Source of the DNA: a virus
Taxonomy: Duplodnaviria > Caudoviricetes
Reading direction: 5' to 3' (one strand)
Length of the DNA: 35,199 bases
IMG/VR virus record: IMGVR_UViG_3300036546_000143
Coordinates: 1-35,199 of that record
Both the position numbers and the translations under genes were made by a program. The notes beneath the pieces are model-generated. The model saw nothing but the letters and a program-made list of their open reading frames with translations, was not told the origin of the DNA and did no database searches. Position 1 is the first letter of the stretch. The number at the start of each line of letters is the position of its first letter. This document shows positions 8,492 to 16,129 of this stretch, one piece after another.

Positions 8492-8496
8492 CTACG

Positions 8497-8586
8497 ATGT
8501 ATACCAAATTGTTTTTGATCGGTTGGTTCGCACCCCAGGTTATACCCATGTGCACATTGGCATATCTTTATTCGCTACAGAAATGA
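8497..8586 (+). CDS. Possible 29-aa hydrophobic peptide MYTKLFLIGWFAPQVIPMCTLAYLYSLQK
   Basis: GAGGT RBS. Fills the gap between the 8491 stop and the terminator. Below the ORF-track cutoff. Confidence 0.4.
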   Translation: MYTKLFLIGWFAPQVIPMCTLAYLYSLQK

Positions 8587-8591
8587 CGTGC

Positions 8592-8621
8592 AGGAGTTCC
8601 CGTAAAGGGGGCTCCTTTTTT
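8592..8621 (+). terminator. Intrinsic terminator
   Basis: AGGAGTTCCC-GTAAA-GGGGGCTCCT plus T-run. Confidence 0.8.
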
Positions 8622-8655
8622 ATGTCGATTTAAAACATTTTCAAGTATATATTAC
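8621..8655 (+). promoter_or_regulatory. phiKZ-type early promoter
   Basis: TATGTCGATTTAAAACATTTTCAAGTATATATTAC, with TATATTAC at 8648-8655. Confidence 0.8.
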
Positions 8656-8726
8656 TCGAGTGAATAAACTACAGTAGAAACTATTCTGTTGTAGTAAAAA
8701 ACCTTAAAGTTCTTAGGAGAACTATC

Positions 8727-9236
8727 ATGATCGGATTTGACATGCATATGGCTGGCCTCTCTAAAGAAGTCAGCAAACTCGTTGCGCTTAACGGCAAGAA
8801 CGCCGTGGCGTATAAAGATATTTTGGTGGTGGGTAACGGGGATTATGCCTCCGTTGCTCAAGTGGGAGATCACTTTTATCTTATCATCCAGACTGCATGT
8901 CACCAGACTGCAGTCCTCTTGGACGATGAGGGGTACGGAAGTATCCCATGTTCCACCAATAACGTGGTGGACCTATATGAGCTGAAGGGTTCTTCCTACT
9001 TGGAAGGGCTCGAAATTATCCATGCCGTCTCCATGGAAGAGGCAATGAAGTCTTTCAATTTACCCTGGTTACACGAAAGCCTGTATCAGGCTTGGGTTGA
9101 CCTGGATAAGCGTTCAGGTGGATTTCGTTCTTCAGGTGCTAATCTTGTGGGCATGGACGAAGGCGACTACGATCAGATGTTTCAGGAAGTCAGTGCGTGG
9201 ATTGAATCCCACGCACTTTTTCTTGATGCGGCGTAA
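8727..9236 (+). CDS. Early hypothetical protein
   Basis: AGGAG RBS, downstream of an early promoter, followed by a terminator. Confidence 0.8.
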   Translation: MIGFDMHMAGLSKEVSKLVALNGKNAVAYKDILVVGNGDYASVAQVGDHFYLIIQTACHQTAVLLDDEGYGSIPCSTNNVVDLYELKGSSYLEGLEIIHAVSMEEAMKSFNLPWLHESLYQAWVDLDKRSGGFRSSGANLVGMDEGDYDQMFQEVSAWIESHALFLDAA

Positions 9237-9240
9237 TAGA

Positions 9241-9274
9241 AAAACACCCCCTTAATGGAGGTGTTTTTTTTTTT
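9241..9274 (+). terminator. Intrinsic terminator
   Basis: AAAACACC-CC-TTAAT-GG-AGGTGTTTT hairpin plus long T-run. Confidence 0.8.
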
Positions 9275-9287
9275 GGTCATAAATTAG

Positions 9288-9319
9288 AGAATGCGACCCC
9301 TAAAAAAGGATCGCATTCC
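9288..9319 (-). terminator. Probable terminator of the DNA polymerase gene
   Basis: GAATGCGA..CC / GG..TCGCATTC inverted repeat just after the stop at 9334. Confidence 0.6.
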
Positions 9320-9333
9320 CGGCGACTGTGTTT

Positions 9334-11814
9334 TTAATTCACAGTCTTTTCAAAGTCTTCTAATAGTGTATTAAAGTTAGGGGCTTTATAAAGGTCGCAA
9401 ACAATTTCGACAGCATTTACAAAACCTGCGGTGAGGTTAATTCCTGCCATCCTCTGGGTTCCGTGTAGGGTACCAGAAATTTTACACAGTTCGCGGTAGG
9501 TTGTTTCTCGACTAATGTTCAGTATCAACTGGACATTGGGGTAGGTTGACACGATCGTTCTGTCCAGGCCAGTCGCTACACTGACCCCGGTGTGCTAGGT
9601 CACCCGCCCTGAGTTTCCCCAGGGACCAGACTATATCTTCTTCCTCCACGAATGTGGGTAGGAAGCTCTCCGTTTGGGGCGGCCAAACACTTGCCGCTCT
9701 ACGCCGTTAGGCTAGTCGTTGAACTCATCCCACTGCCTAGGCATAGAGGGACTTCGCTGCGTCGGTTGCCCAATCGCGTGACGTTTTTACCGTGCTCACC
9801 ACTTCCATTACTGGGGCGAGTATTACAGTGTGTTTCCACCTGTAAGGGGTAGTCACGCGCTCTAAGGGGTTTCCCGCAATTAGGAGAGTTTCACTCAGGT
9901 CTTACAACCTGAGGGGACTTAATAATTCAAATCCAGATCTGCTACATGGACGCGACAGTGTGAGCGCACGTCAGGTAATTCTTCGAGTAAAGGGAGACCG
10001 TTATCCACAGTCAGATGGCTAGGTAGGGTAACTCGTTCTGTCCAGACAGTTCGCTACACTGTCCCGGCTTGTCTCGGTTACCCGAGCAGCCCGCTGTACG
10101 TTTCCGCACAGTCCAGACTATATCTTCTTCCTCCACGAATGTGGGTAGGAAGCTCTCCGTTTGGGGCGGCCAAACACTTGCCGCTCTACGCCGTTAGGCT
10201 AGTCGTTGAACACACTCCGTGGTTGACTACAGTCGACGGTAGGAGCTTCGCTGCGTCGGTTGCCCAATCTCTGTGAGTTTTTACCATGTCCCTTGGAAAT
10301 ATTACGCCAGGGGTTTTACAGTGTGTTTCCACCTGTAAGGGGTATCACAAAGCTCTAAGGGGTTTCCCGCAATTAGGAGAGTTTCACTCAGGTCTTCCAA
10401 CCTGAGGGGACGTTACTAATAGTTAAAGTTTCAAAACCCACTACGTTTAATTCATCCAATTTTTTAGACCTACAACCTCAGCGTCTAACTCGTGAACCAT
10501 GTCATCACTACAAGAAGAAGGTACCAGACCGCGATCTCGGCAGAAGAAATAAAGGTCATCTACCAACCGTCTAGGTTGTGAGTTAAAAATAGTGTATTCA
10601 GAGGATTTGGACTGTGTGGAGATGATCTGAGAAAGGTCTTTGGTTTTCTCATCCAATAACTCGACACCGATACAGTCAAACAAGTTGTATATACCGTATT
10701 CGATTTTATAGTCACTCTGCATGACTTGGTGCCACTTCAGTCCTGTAAAGGCGTCTGCTTCCTCAAACTTAAGTTTACCCAACTTCAGGTGTTTATTCAA
10801 AATAGCATCCAAAGCATAACTGGTTTCGTTTTGCTTCGCCATGCGTATCCGTTTATAGACACACATTGAGTCAATCAAGAAGAACGTGGCTGGACACTCG
10901 GCTACATGCCAACGCTCTGCTGGGTGTATGGTCATTACCTGACCACTCGCGGTTTGTTTCTTAGACGGTCCTTGTTTGTATTTGAAGAAACGAAACTCTG
11001 GTGGTACAGAGGGGTCACTGAAGACTTCAGCGGGATCGTACCCAGCATTCACCAGTGTTTGTGTAACACGAGTAATATCAAAGTCAATGTTCCAGATAGA
11101 AACAAAGTCAGGCTTCCATTCGTGTGCGCGCTTGAACGCTTCGATGACACCGGTGGCAGGGTCATTGACCACCATCACTTCTAGTTCGATGTTTCTTTTT
11201 TCTTTGTATTCACCCAGATATTCTTCAAACTTCTGGTGGAGTTTCTCCACCGGATTAATCGTAGAACCCAGAAAGAATTTGGTCACCGCCAAGAAGGCTT
11301 TATTTTTAAACGTCAGCGCCATGTAGATAGGTTCGTTGGTCCCATGGACAACGTCGGTTTCAATGTCGAATACCGCCACACGGTTATCAGACACACACGT
11401 AGGCCACTTGTCCCGATACATCTGCTTGATCAGGGTCGGTGTGGAGATGTCAGCACCATACAAGTAGGGGTTGCGCCCCGCCACTCGTATACCGCCGTTA
11501 ATTTTACCGCGACCGAGTGCGCGGGAGATACGATCCAACAATTGATTTTGTTGACATTCAAACTTCTGAAGGCGGGACAATTTCTCCCACTCTTTCTTTT
11601 CGGTGTGATTTCTGTGCAGTTCGCGAGTAATGTAGAAAGGGCGCTTGTAGTTTTTAAAGAACCTCAGGTTAGGGACCAACTCACCATCTTTTGTGTGGAT
11701 GACTTCTTTGACCACCACCAGGTCATCTTGTGACATAGGGTCTTTAGAGTTTACATAGACCGCATGTTTACATTCCAGACCTTTTATGTTTTCCTTTGGC
11801 ACGGGATTGCTCAT
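9334..11814 (-). CDS. Split B-family DNA polymerase, exonuclease + motif A subunit (phiKZ gp82-like), spliced: join(complement 10454-11814, 9931-10033, 9334-9555), 561 aa
   Basis: Exo I FDIETD, Exo II WNIDFDI, Exo III YNLFDC. The spliced junctions read ...GLKNW-I-VTLPSHL...HVADLD-IVSTYPN, restoring PolB motif A. Exon lengths 1361+103+222 = 1686 nt, in frame. Confidence 0.9.
9556..9930 (-). ncRNA. Group I self-splicing intron 2 (375 nt, no ORF; IA-like with P7.1/P7.2 and a P5 extension)
   Basis: Minus strand: P AATTGCGGGAAA, Q AACCGACGCAGC, R GTTCAACGACTA, S AAGATATAGTC, P3 CTCTCC/GGAGAG. P1 pairs exon GGAU with IGS GUCC (U.G at the splice site). Terminal G in ...GGACAGAACG. Confidence 0.92.
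9931..10033 (-). CDS. DNA polymerase exon 2 (103 nt; VTLPSHLTVDNGLPLLEELPDVRSHCRVHVADLD)
   Basis: Open frame between the two introns, phase-compatible with both neighbouring exons. Confidence 0.9.
10034..10453 (-). ncRNA. Group I self-splicing intron 1 (420 nt, no ORF)
   Basis: Same P/Q/R/S core as intron 2. P1 GGAU:GUCC. P10 pairs intron GUAAC with 3' exon GUUAC. Ends ...GGACAGAACG. Confidence 0.92.
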
Positions 11815-11865
11815 TGTTTTACCTCTCGTTTTAACTCACCTTCAGTGAACTATAAAATGGTACTG

Positions 11866-11874
11866 GTAAGTTTT
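11866..11874 (-). promoter_or_regulatory. Possible middle promoter for DNA polymerase (AAAACTTAC)
   Basis: Fits the phiKZ middle consensus AAanntTAC about 50 nt upstream of the start. The motif is short. Confidence 0.4.
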
Positions 11875-11947
11875 TAAATATTTAGACAAAAACGACCGGT
11901 ATTGGTATGAATGCATTCGTTAACTTTTAGATTTTAAGGAATTCCAC

Positions 11948-13216
11948 ATGAAGCTTCCAAAAGGCCTCTCACGGGGTTTTGAGGCTATATCCCACCAAGG
12001 TTCGAGTCTACTGTTTAAAGAGCTTACAATCGCTATTACAGAGCTTACAAGTACCCTACCGATTACACCGAGCCGGATGAAGAAGTCAGGTATCGAAGAA
12101 ATCGTTCGGAAACGTACAGGCCTCTCGATCACCCTTAAAATGGATAACAGCCCACACCCTAATGCGTATGTTTATCCACCGGACATCGATAAAAATAACC
12201 CAATCGTTAATTATTTTTGGGCCGCTTACGGTGCAGTGACCAGTAAGGATTCACTCAAACGGATCAAGAAAGAAAAGACCACCCTTAAAGGTACGATTGA
12301 TCTTAAGGGGTCCACTGTATCGGGTTTGTATTCTGAGGTTAAGTGTAAAACCTTTTTAACGAAAGGTCTTTTGGAATCAGGACAGTTTGAACCGGGTGAA
12401 ATAGCAGGTATCCTTTTACACGAGTTGGGACACCTGTTCAGTTACTTCGAGTACCTGGAATTCAACCTGACCACGAACACAACCCTCCAGGCCGCCATGC
12501 ACCAGTATTTCGATGCAGAAGGGTCGGTGCGTAAACACGAGATTATCACCGAAACCCAAGCAGCGCTGAATATTGAATTGGATGACCCGGACGCGTTGAT
12601 CAATGTGCGTAATCGTGAGGTCTTCCAAACTATCTTGTTGCGTGAAGCGGTGCGTCAGAATAAGTCTACACTGGGTTCCGGTATTTACGACTATACCGCG
12701 TGGGAAGCGGCCAGTGACCAGTTTGCTGCTCGTCATGGTGCTGGACGTGAGTTAGTGACCGGTCTGGATAAAATGTTCAAGATGTACGGTTCGCCTGCTC
12801 ACCGTTCTACCGTCAAACACGTCATCTTCAACGGTTTGACTTTGTTGTTGTTCTTGGGAGCCCTTGGTATTGGTTTCTTCCCAGTATTACTGGTGTTGTT
12901 CATTAACCCCGCAATTAAGATATACGATCCTGAGACTACCCGCATTAAACGCATTCGTCAGGAACTGGTTGCTGGTTTGAAAGACCCGTACCTGGATGCA
13001 GAAACCAAGGAAAAGATCAGCACGGACGTGAAAGCCATCGACAAAATCATGGAGCCGATGAAAGACCGCCGCAGTTGGTTGGAATTCTTCCACACGTCCA
13101 TTATGCCTAAAGGTCGTAAACAATACAGTCAGCTGCAATTCCAGAAAGATCTGGAGAGCATGGCGAATAATGACCTCTTCCTGGCAGCTGCCCGTTTAGA
13201 AACCCTTAACGTTTAA
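11948..13216 (+). CDS. Virion protein with HExxH metalloprotease motif and hydrophobic hairpin
   Basis: ILLHELGH...WEAASDQFAARHG (M48-like), hydrophobic LTLLLFLGALGIGFFPVLLVLFI, N-terminal GFE candidate prohead-protease site. Confidence 0.7.
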   Translation: MKLPKGLSRGFEAISHQGSSLLFKELTIAITELTSTLPITPSRMKKSGIEEIVRKRTGLSITLKMDNSPHPNAYVYPPDIDKNNPIVNYFWAAYGAVTSKDSLKRIKKEKTTLKGTIDLKGSTVSGLYSEVKCKTFLTKGLLESGQFEPGEIAGILLHELGHLFSYFEYLEFNLTTNTTLQAAMHQYFDAEGSVRKHEIITETQAALNIELDDPDALINVRNREVFQTILLREAVRQNKSTLGSGIYDYTAWEAASDQFAARHGAGRELVTGLDKMFKMYGSPAHRSTVKHVIFNGLTLLLFLGALGIGFFPVLLVLFINPAIKIYDPETTRIKRIRQELVAGLKDPYLDAETKEKISTDVKAIDKIMEPMKDRRSWLEFFHTSIMPKGRKQYSQLQFQKDLESMANNDLFLAAARLETLNV

Positions 13217-13240
13217 CTTAAAAGAAAAGGTGAAAGAATT

Positions 13241-13675
13241 ATGTCCAATATCACTGAGGTCATCAAAGGTCAGTTACAAGACCTGAATGTAGAAATGGTT
13301 GACCGCGCCCACGCCCTGTCTTACATTACGGCACGTGCCCTGGGTATGCATTTTACACTCCCCACCAGTAAAGTGGAAAACCCCTATAAGTTCTTCCGGG
13401 ATACCCACCAAGTAACCTTACACCGCCTGGTGAGTGAAATTAACGAAGAGTTGGTTGTGGATGTCGATGAAGTTGAGTCCCTCGTACTTAAGTTGTGGTT
13501 GGTGCGTTACCGTTTAGTTCACGAGCCTCATGCGGTTCAGGTACGTGACCTACTGACCAACCTGGTGCGTAACGGGGTATCCGATATCCCACAGGTATAC
13601 ACTGACATCGCCAATAAGTACAATGGGTTTGAGTTAGCAGTGTTTGCTGGTGAGTACAATACGGTTGAGGAGTAA
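13241..13675 (+). CDS. Putative virion structural protein
   Basis: 144 aa with AAGGTG RBS, inside the structural operon. Confidence 0.7.
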   Translation: MSNITEVIKGQLQDLNVEMVDRAHALSYITARALGMHFTLPTSKVENPYKFFRDTHQVTLHRLVSEINEELVVDVDEVESLVLKLWLVRYRLVHEPHAVQVRDLLTNLVRNGVSDIPQVYTDIANKYNGFELAVFAGEYNTVEE

Positions 13676-13681
13676 TATCCA

Positions 13682-14941
13682 ATGTCTTTAACCATCACAG
13701 TTGAAGAGTTTTCTAAAGAACTGGATTTGATGGATGAAGAGGAACAGCTGGCTTCTTTGGAAGCCAGCGTTTGTGACCTTCATGCCACAATGGAACATAT
13801 GCTCTCTATTGAAGGTGTCTCACGCAGTATGGTAGAGGCCCACTCGGAGGTTGTAAAGGTCCCTGGTGGGTTAAACGGTTTCACTACTAGTCCGACCAAG
13901 GTTAATTATGAAATCGCCTTAGAAGCCCTTGAAGACCACTCCAACGCGATTATCGGTGCTATAATTGTTTTGATCGGTGCGATTCTGGCTAAAATCGTGG
14001 GGTGGTTACTGGATTTATTCCTGAACAATTCAAAAACTCAGGATAAGGTGGACCAGGTTTCTAAGAACACTGGTGCGGTTTCAGACTCCACTGAACGAGT
14101 AGTGGATGCTGTTGAGCCGGAAATCCGCCGGGAAGTTCAGAAACAATTGGACCCGGTTAAAGACCAGTATCAAAAGGAATTTGATTCGATGTTTAATCGA
14201 TTTGCGGAAGGGGTGGTATTACGTGAAGGGTTTCATCGCGCGTTGGTGTCATTAGCCGAACCGATGTCGTATGAAATCAATCTGGTGAATGAAGCCATTG
14301 ACATGTACATCAAGTCATTGAAGGAAGCTGAACGCTTTGTTCCTTCTGGACTTAAACATGACCTTCGGATGCAGGGACACCTTTCCCGGTTCAATAGCTT
14401 GATTGATGAACCTGTTTTACCGCGTCTCCAGAGTGCTTTTGCTGACCTGTATCCAGGTATCGAAAAGATTGACAGTGAAGAAGAATTCTTCCGCATCCTT
14501 AAACAGCACTACGTAGAGGAAACCGAAGCGCCAGCCAAAGAACGGGACATTGATTACTACCGTGGACTACACAGTGGAGGTCATTGGGAACCGTACGACT
14601 TTAAAACCACGAACAACCACAGTGAACTGGAGAAGCTGAAGAAGCGGGTTGATTCACTGAAGTCGGTGAAGTCGTTACAGTTAACCTCGATTCCGGTTGA
14701 GACAGCTGCTAAAAATGCCATACGGTCGATTAAAGGTCGTATCGCTGGATTACAACAGTATTATGACCTGATCGATAAGTCGTTTAAAACGGAAGGTAAG
14801 ATCATGGCACTGTTGGGTCGTTACGTTAATGCGCGGTTCAACAAAGTCTCCAGTACAGTAACCAACTCAGACGACGTTAAGGGTAAAGAAACACTGAAAC
14901 GTGAACAGGACAACCTGAAGCGTAAAGTGAAGAAACCTTAA
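13682..14941 (+). CDS. Internal head (ejected) protein with acidic propeptide
   Basis: SLE/SIE/ALE motifs, the FTTSPTKVNYEIALEAL segment typical of phiKZ head paralogs, GAGGAG RBS. Confidence 0.75.
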   Translation: MSLTITVEEFSKELDLMDEEEQLASLEASVCDLHATMEHMLSIEGVSRSMVEAHSEVVKVPGGLNGFTTSPTKVNYEIALEALEDHSNAIIGAIIVLIGAILAKIVGWLLDLFLNNSKTQDKVDQVSKNTGAVSDSTERVVDAVEPEIRREVQKQLDPVKDQYQKEFDSMFNRFAEGVVLREGFHRALVSLAEPMSYEINLVNEAIDMYIKSLKEAERFVPSGLKHDLRMQGHLSRFNSLIDEPVLPRLQSAFADLYPGIEKIDSEEEFFRILKQHYVEETEAPAKERDIDYYRGLHSGGHWEPYDFKTTNNHSELEKLKKRVDSLKSVKSLQLTSIPVETAAKNAIRSIKGRIAGLQQYYDLIDKSFKTEGKIMALLGRYVNARFNKVSSTVTNSDDVKGKETLKREQDNLKRKVKKP

Positions 14942-14980
14942 ACTATGAGTATACTCAAAAACCAATAAAGGTAATTTAAA

Positions 14981-15697
14981 ATGTTTGAGATAATGTTACT
15001 CTCCGGTACAGCCGGAGGGAAAGGAAAAGGAAAGGGTAAACAGTTGGGACTCTTTAACCGACCGATTATAGCCAGTGACGGAGGTGTTGACTGGTACGGG
15101 GAGGTTTCCAGTGTTGATTTAATTGATGGCGTTAGTTTAGCCAGCCTAATTGGATTAACCGAAGGAATAGCTCAACACTCGGATGCAGGCTGGCTACACG
15201 TAGGGCTGGATGGTCAGGAGTTATTAATCGCAAAGCGTCCTTTGCGGTATAACCTCTCTTGGGACAGTATTAACGCTGTCAATGCGGTGTACGGAAACCG
15301 TACTGTGGAAATAAATGGACAACAGTATAAAGTCAGACTTCCTAAAGGGGCGAACAGTGACCCTACCTCCACAGATACAGGCTTTGACGTTCCCCACTCG
15401 CATGGCTCCGAGTGGAACCGTATTTTCTATCGCTTAACCAACGACACCTACCTGGACGATCGGAATACCAAAGCGTCTGAAGAGCCCTTTACTCACTTAG
15501 CCCGGTATTCCGAAGCAGACTTAATTCTCGATTACCGGGTTCCCGAACCTAACGGGAGTTACAGCTGGTGTCAAGAAACGATGGGGAGCTACCGCGTCAT
15601 TCGCGGTGCCCTTGGTGTTTCGCACTTGGGTAGGCTTACTCCTTCGACTGTGTCTTCGAACCGCGGTTGGCGTCCCTTCCTGGAACGCGTCAATTAA
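14981..15697 (+). CDS. C-type-lectin-like virion/receptor-binding protein, candidate DGR target
   Basis: SEWNRIFY...SYSWCQE...RVIRG..GVS...S.RGWRPFLE matches the CLec-type DGR target C-terminal layout. The 3' segment is A-depleted. Confidence 0.7.
   Translation: MFEIMLLSGTAGGKGKGKGKQLGLFNRPIIASDGGVDWYGEVSSVDLIDGVSLASLIGLTEGIAQHSDAGWLHVGLDGQELLIAKRPLRYNLSWDSINAVNAVYGNRTVEINGQQYKVRLPKGANSDPTSTDTGFDVPHSHGSEWNRIFYRLTNDTYLDDRNTKASEEPFTHLARYSEADLILDYRVPEPNGSYSWCQETMGSYRVIRGALGVSHLGRLTPSTVSSNRGWRPFLERVN
15578..15697 (+). other. Candidate DGR variable region plus IMH-like end
   Basis: 35 consecutive codons (15578-15682) have no third-position A. Only 6 A in 81 nt (15602-15682). GC-rich CGCGGTTGGCGTCCC near the end. 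Confidence 0.6.
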
Positions 15698-15782
15698 TAT
15701 ACTTTAGGCATTTATAAAATTCGCGTTCCCTAGTCCCGCACTCTTACCCCCTTTATGGGGGTAAGGAAGTGGGCTAGACGTT
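15682..15782 (+). repeat. Conserved structured element, copy B
   Basis: GGAACGCG (15682-15689)/CGCGTTCC (15722-15729); CTAGTCC (15730-15736)/GGGCTAG (15771-15777); perfect inner stem CTTACCCCC-TTTAT-GGGGGTAAG. Confidence 0.85.
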
Positions 15783-15803
15783 ATTGGATTTGGGTCTTAC
15801 AAG

Positions 15804-16094
15804 ATGAGTAAATTAGTCATTGTCATAGAACGTTTAACCACACTTTTTGAGAAAGTGTATAAAACAATGGTGAATTGGCCAAAGCGGGAGATAACTGGCT
15901 TTCAATACATGGTTAAGGAAAAGTTTGTAAACACCACAAAGAGTAAAAAAGAATTAAATAGTTTTAAAATGTCTGTGGAGTCCAGTTTATCCTTTATGTC
16001 TTTAGGGGAGTTAGGCGATTACAAATCGCTATTGGAAAACGTTTTGGACGGAACCAAAATTTCATTTGATGAACTAAAATGCCCACATAAATAG
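15804..16094 (+). CDS. Hypothetical protein (AT-rich)
   Basis: 96-aa ORF between element copy B and the terminator, weak RBS. Confidence 0.5.
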   Translation: MSKLVIVIERLTTLFEKVYKTMVNWPKREITGFQYMVKEKFVNTTKSKKELNSFKMSVESSLSFMSLGELGDYKSLLENVLDGTKISFDELKCPHK

Positions 16095-16123
16095 AGAGTC
16101 TCCCAAACGGGAGACTCTCTTTT
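16093..16123. terminator. Bidirectional intrinsic terminator
   Basis: AGAGAGTCTCCC-AAAC-GGGAGACTCTCT plus T-run, between convergent genes. Confidence 0.85.
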
Positions 16124-16129
16124 ATACCG

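Noticed and set aside
9334-9552. Stand-alone 72-aa gene, or DNA polymerase pseudogene
   Set aside because: It is exon 3. Precise in-frame splicing explains the fragments.
9652-9852. 66-aa plus-strand ORF inside intron 2 as a possible homing endonuclease
   Set aside because: Antisense to the intron, overlaps the ribozyme core, and has no HNH, GIY-YIG or LAGLIDADG motif.
9556-10453. Direct repeats as CRISPR array, IS ends or tRNA/rRNA
   Set aside because: Only two long copies, with group I P/Q/R/S elements. No spacer periodicity, transposase or cloverleaf.
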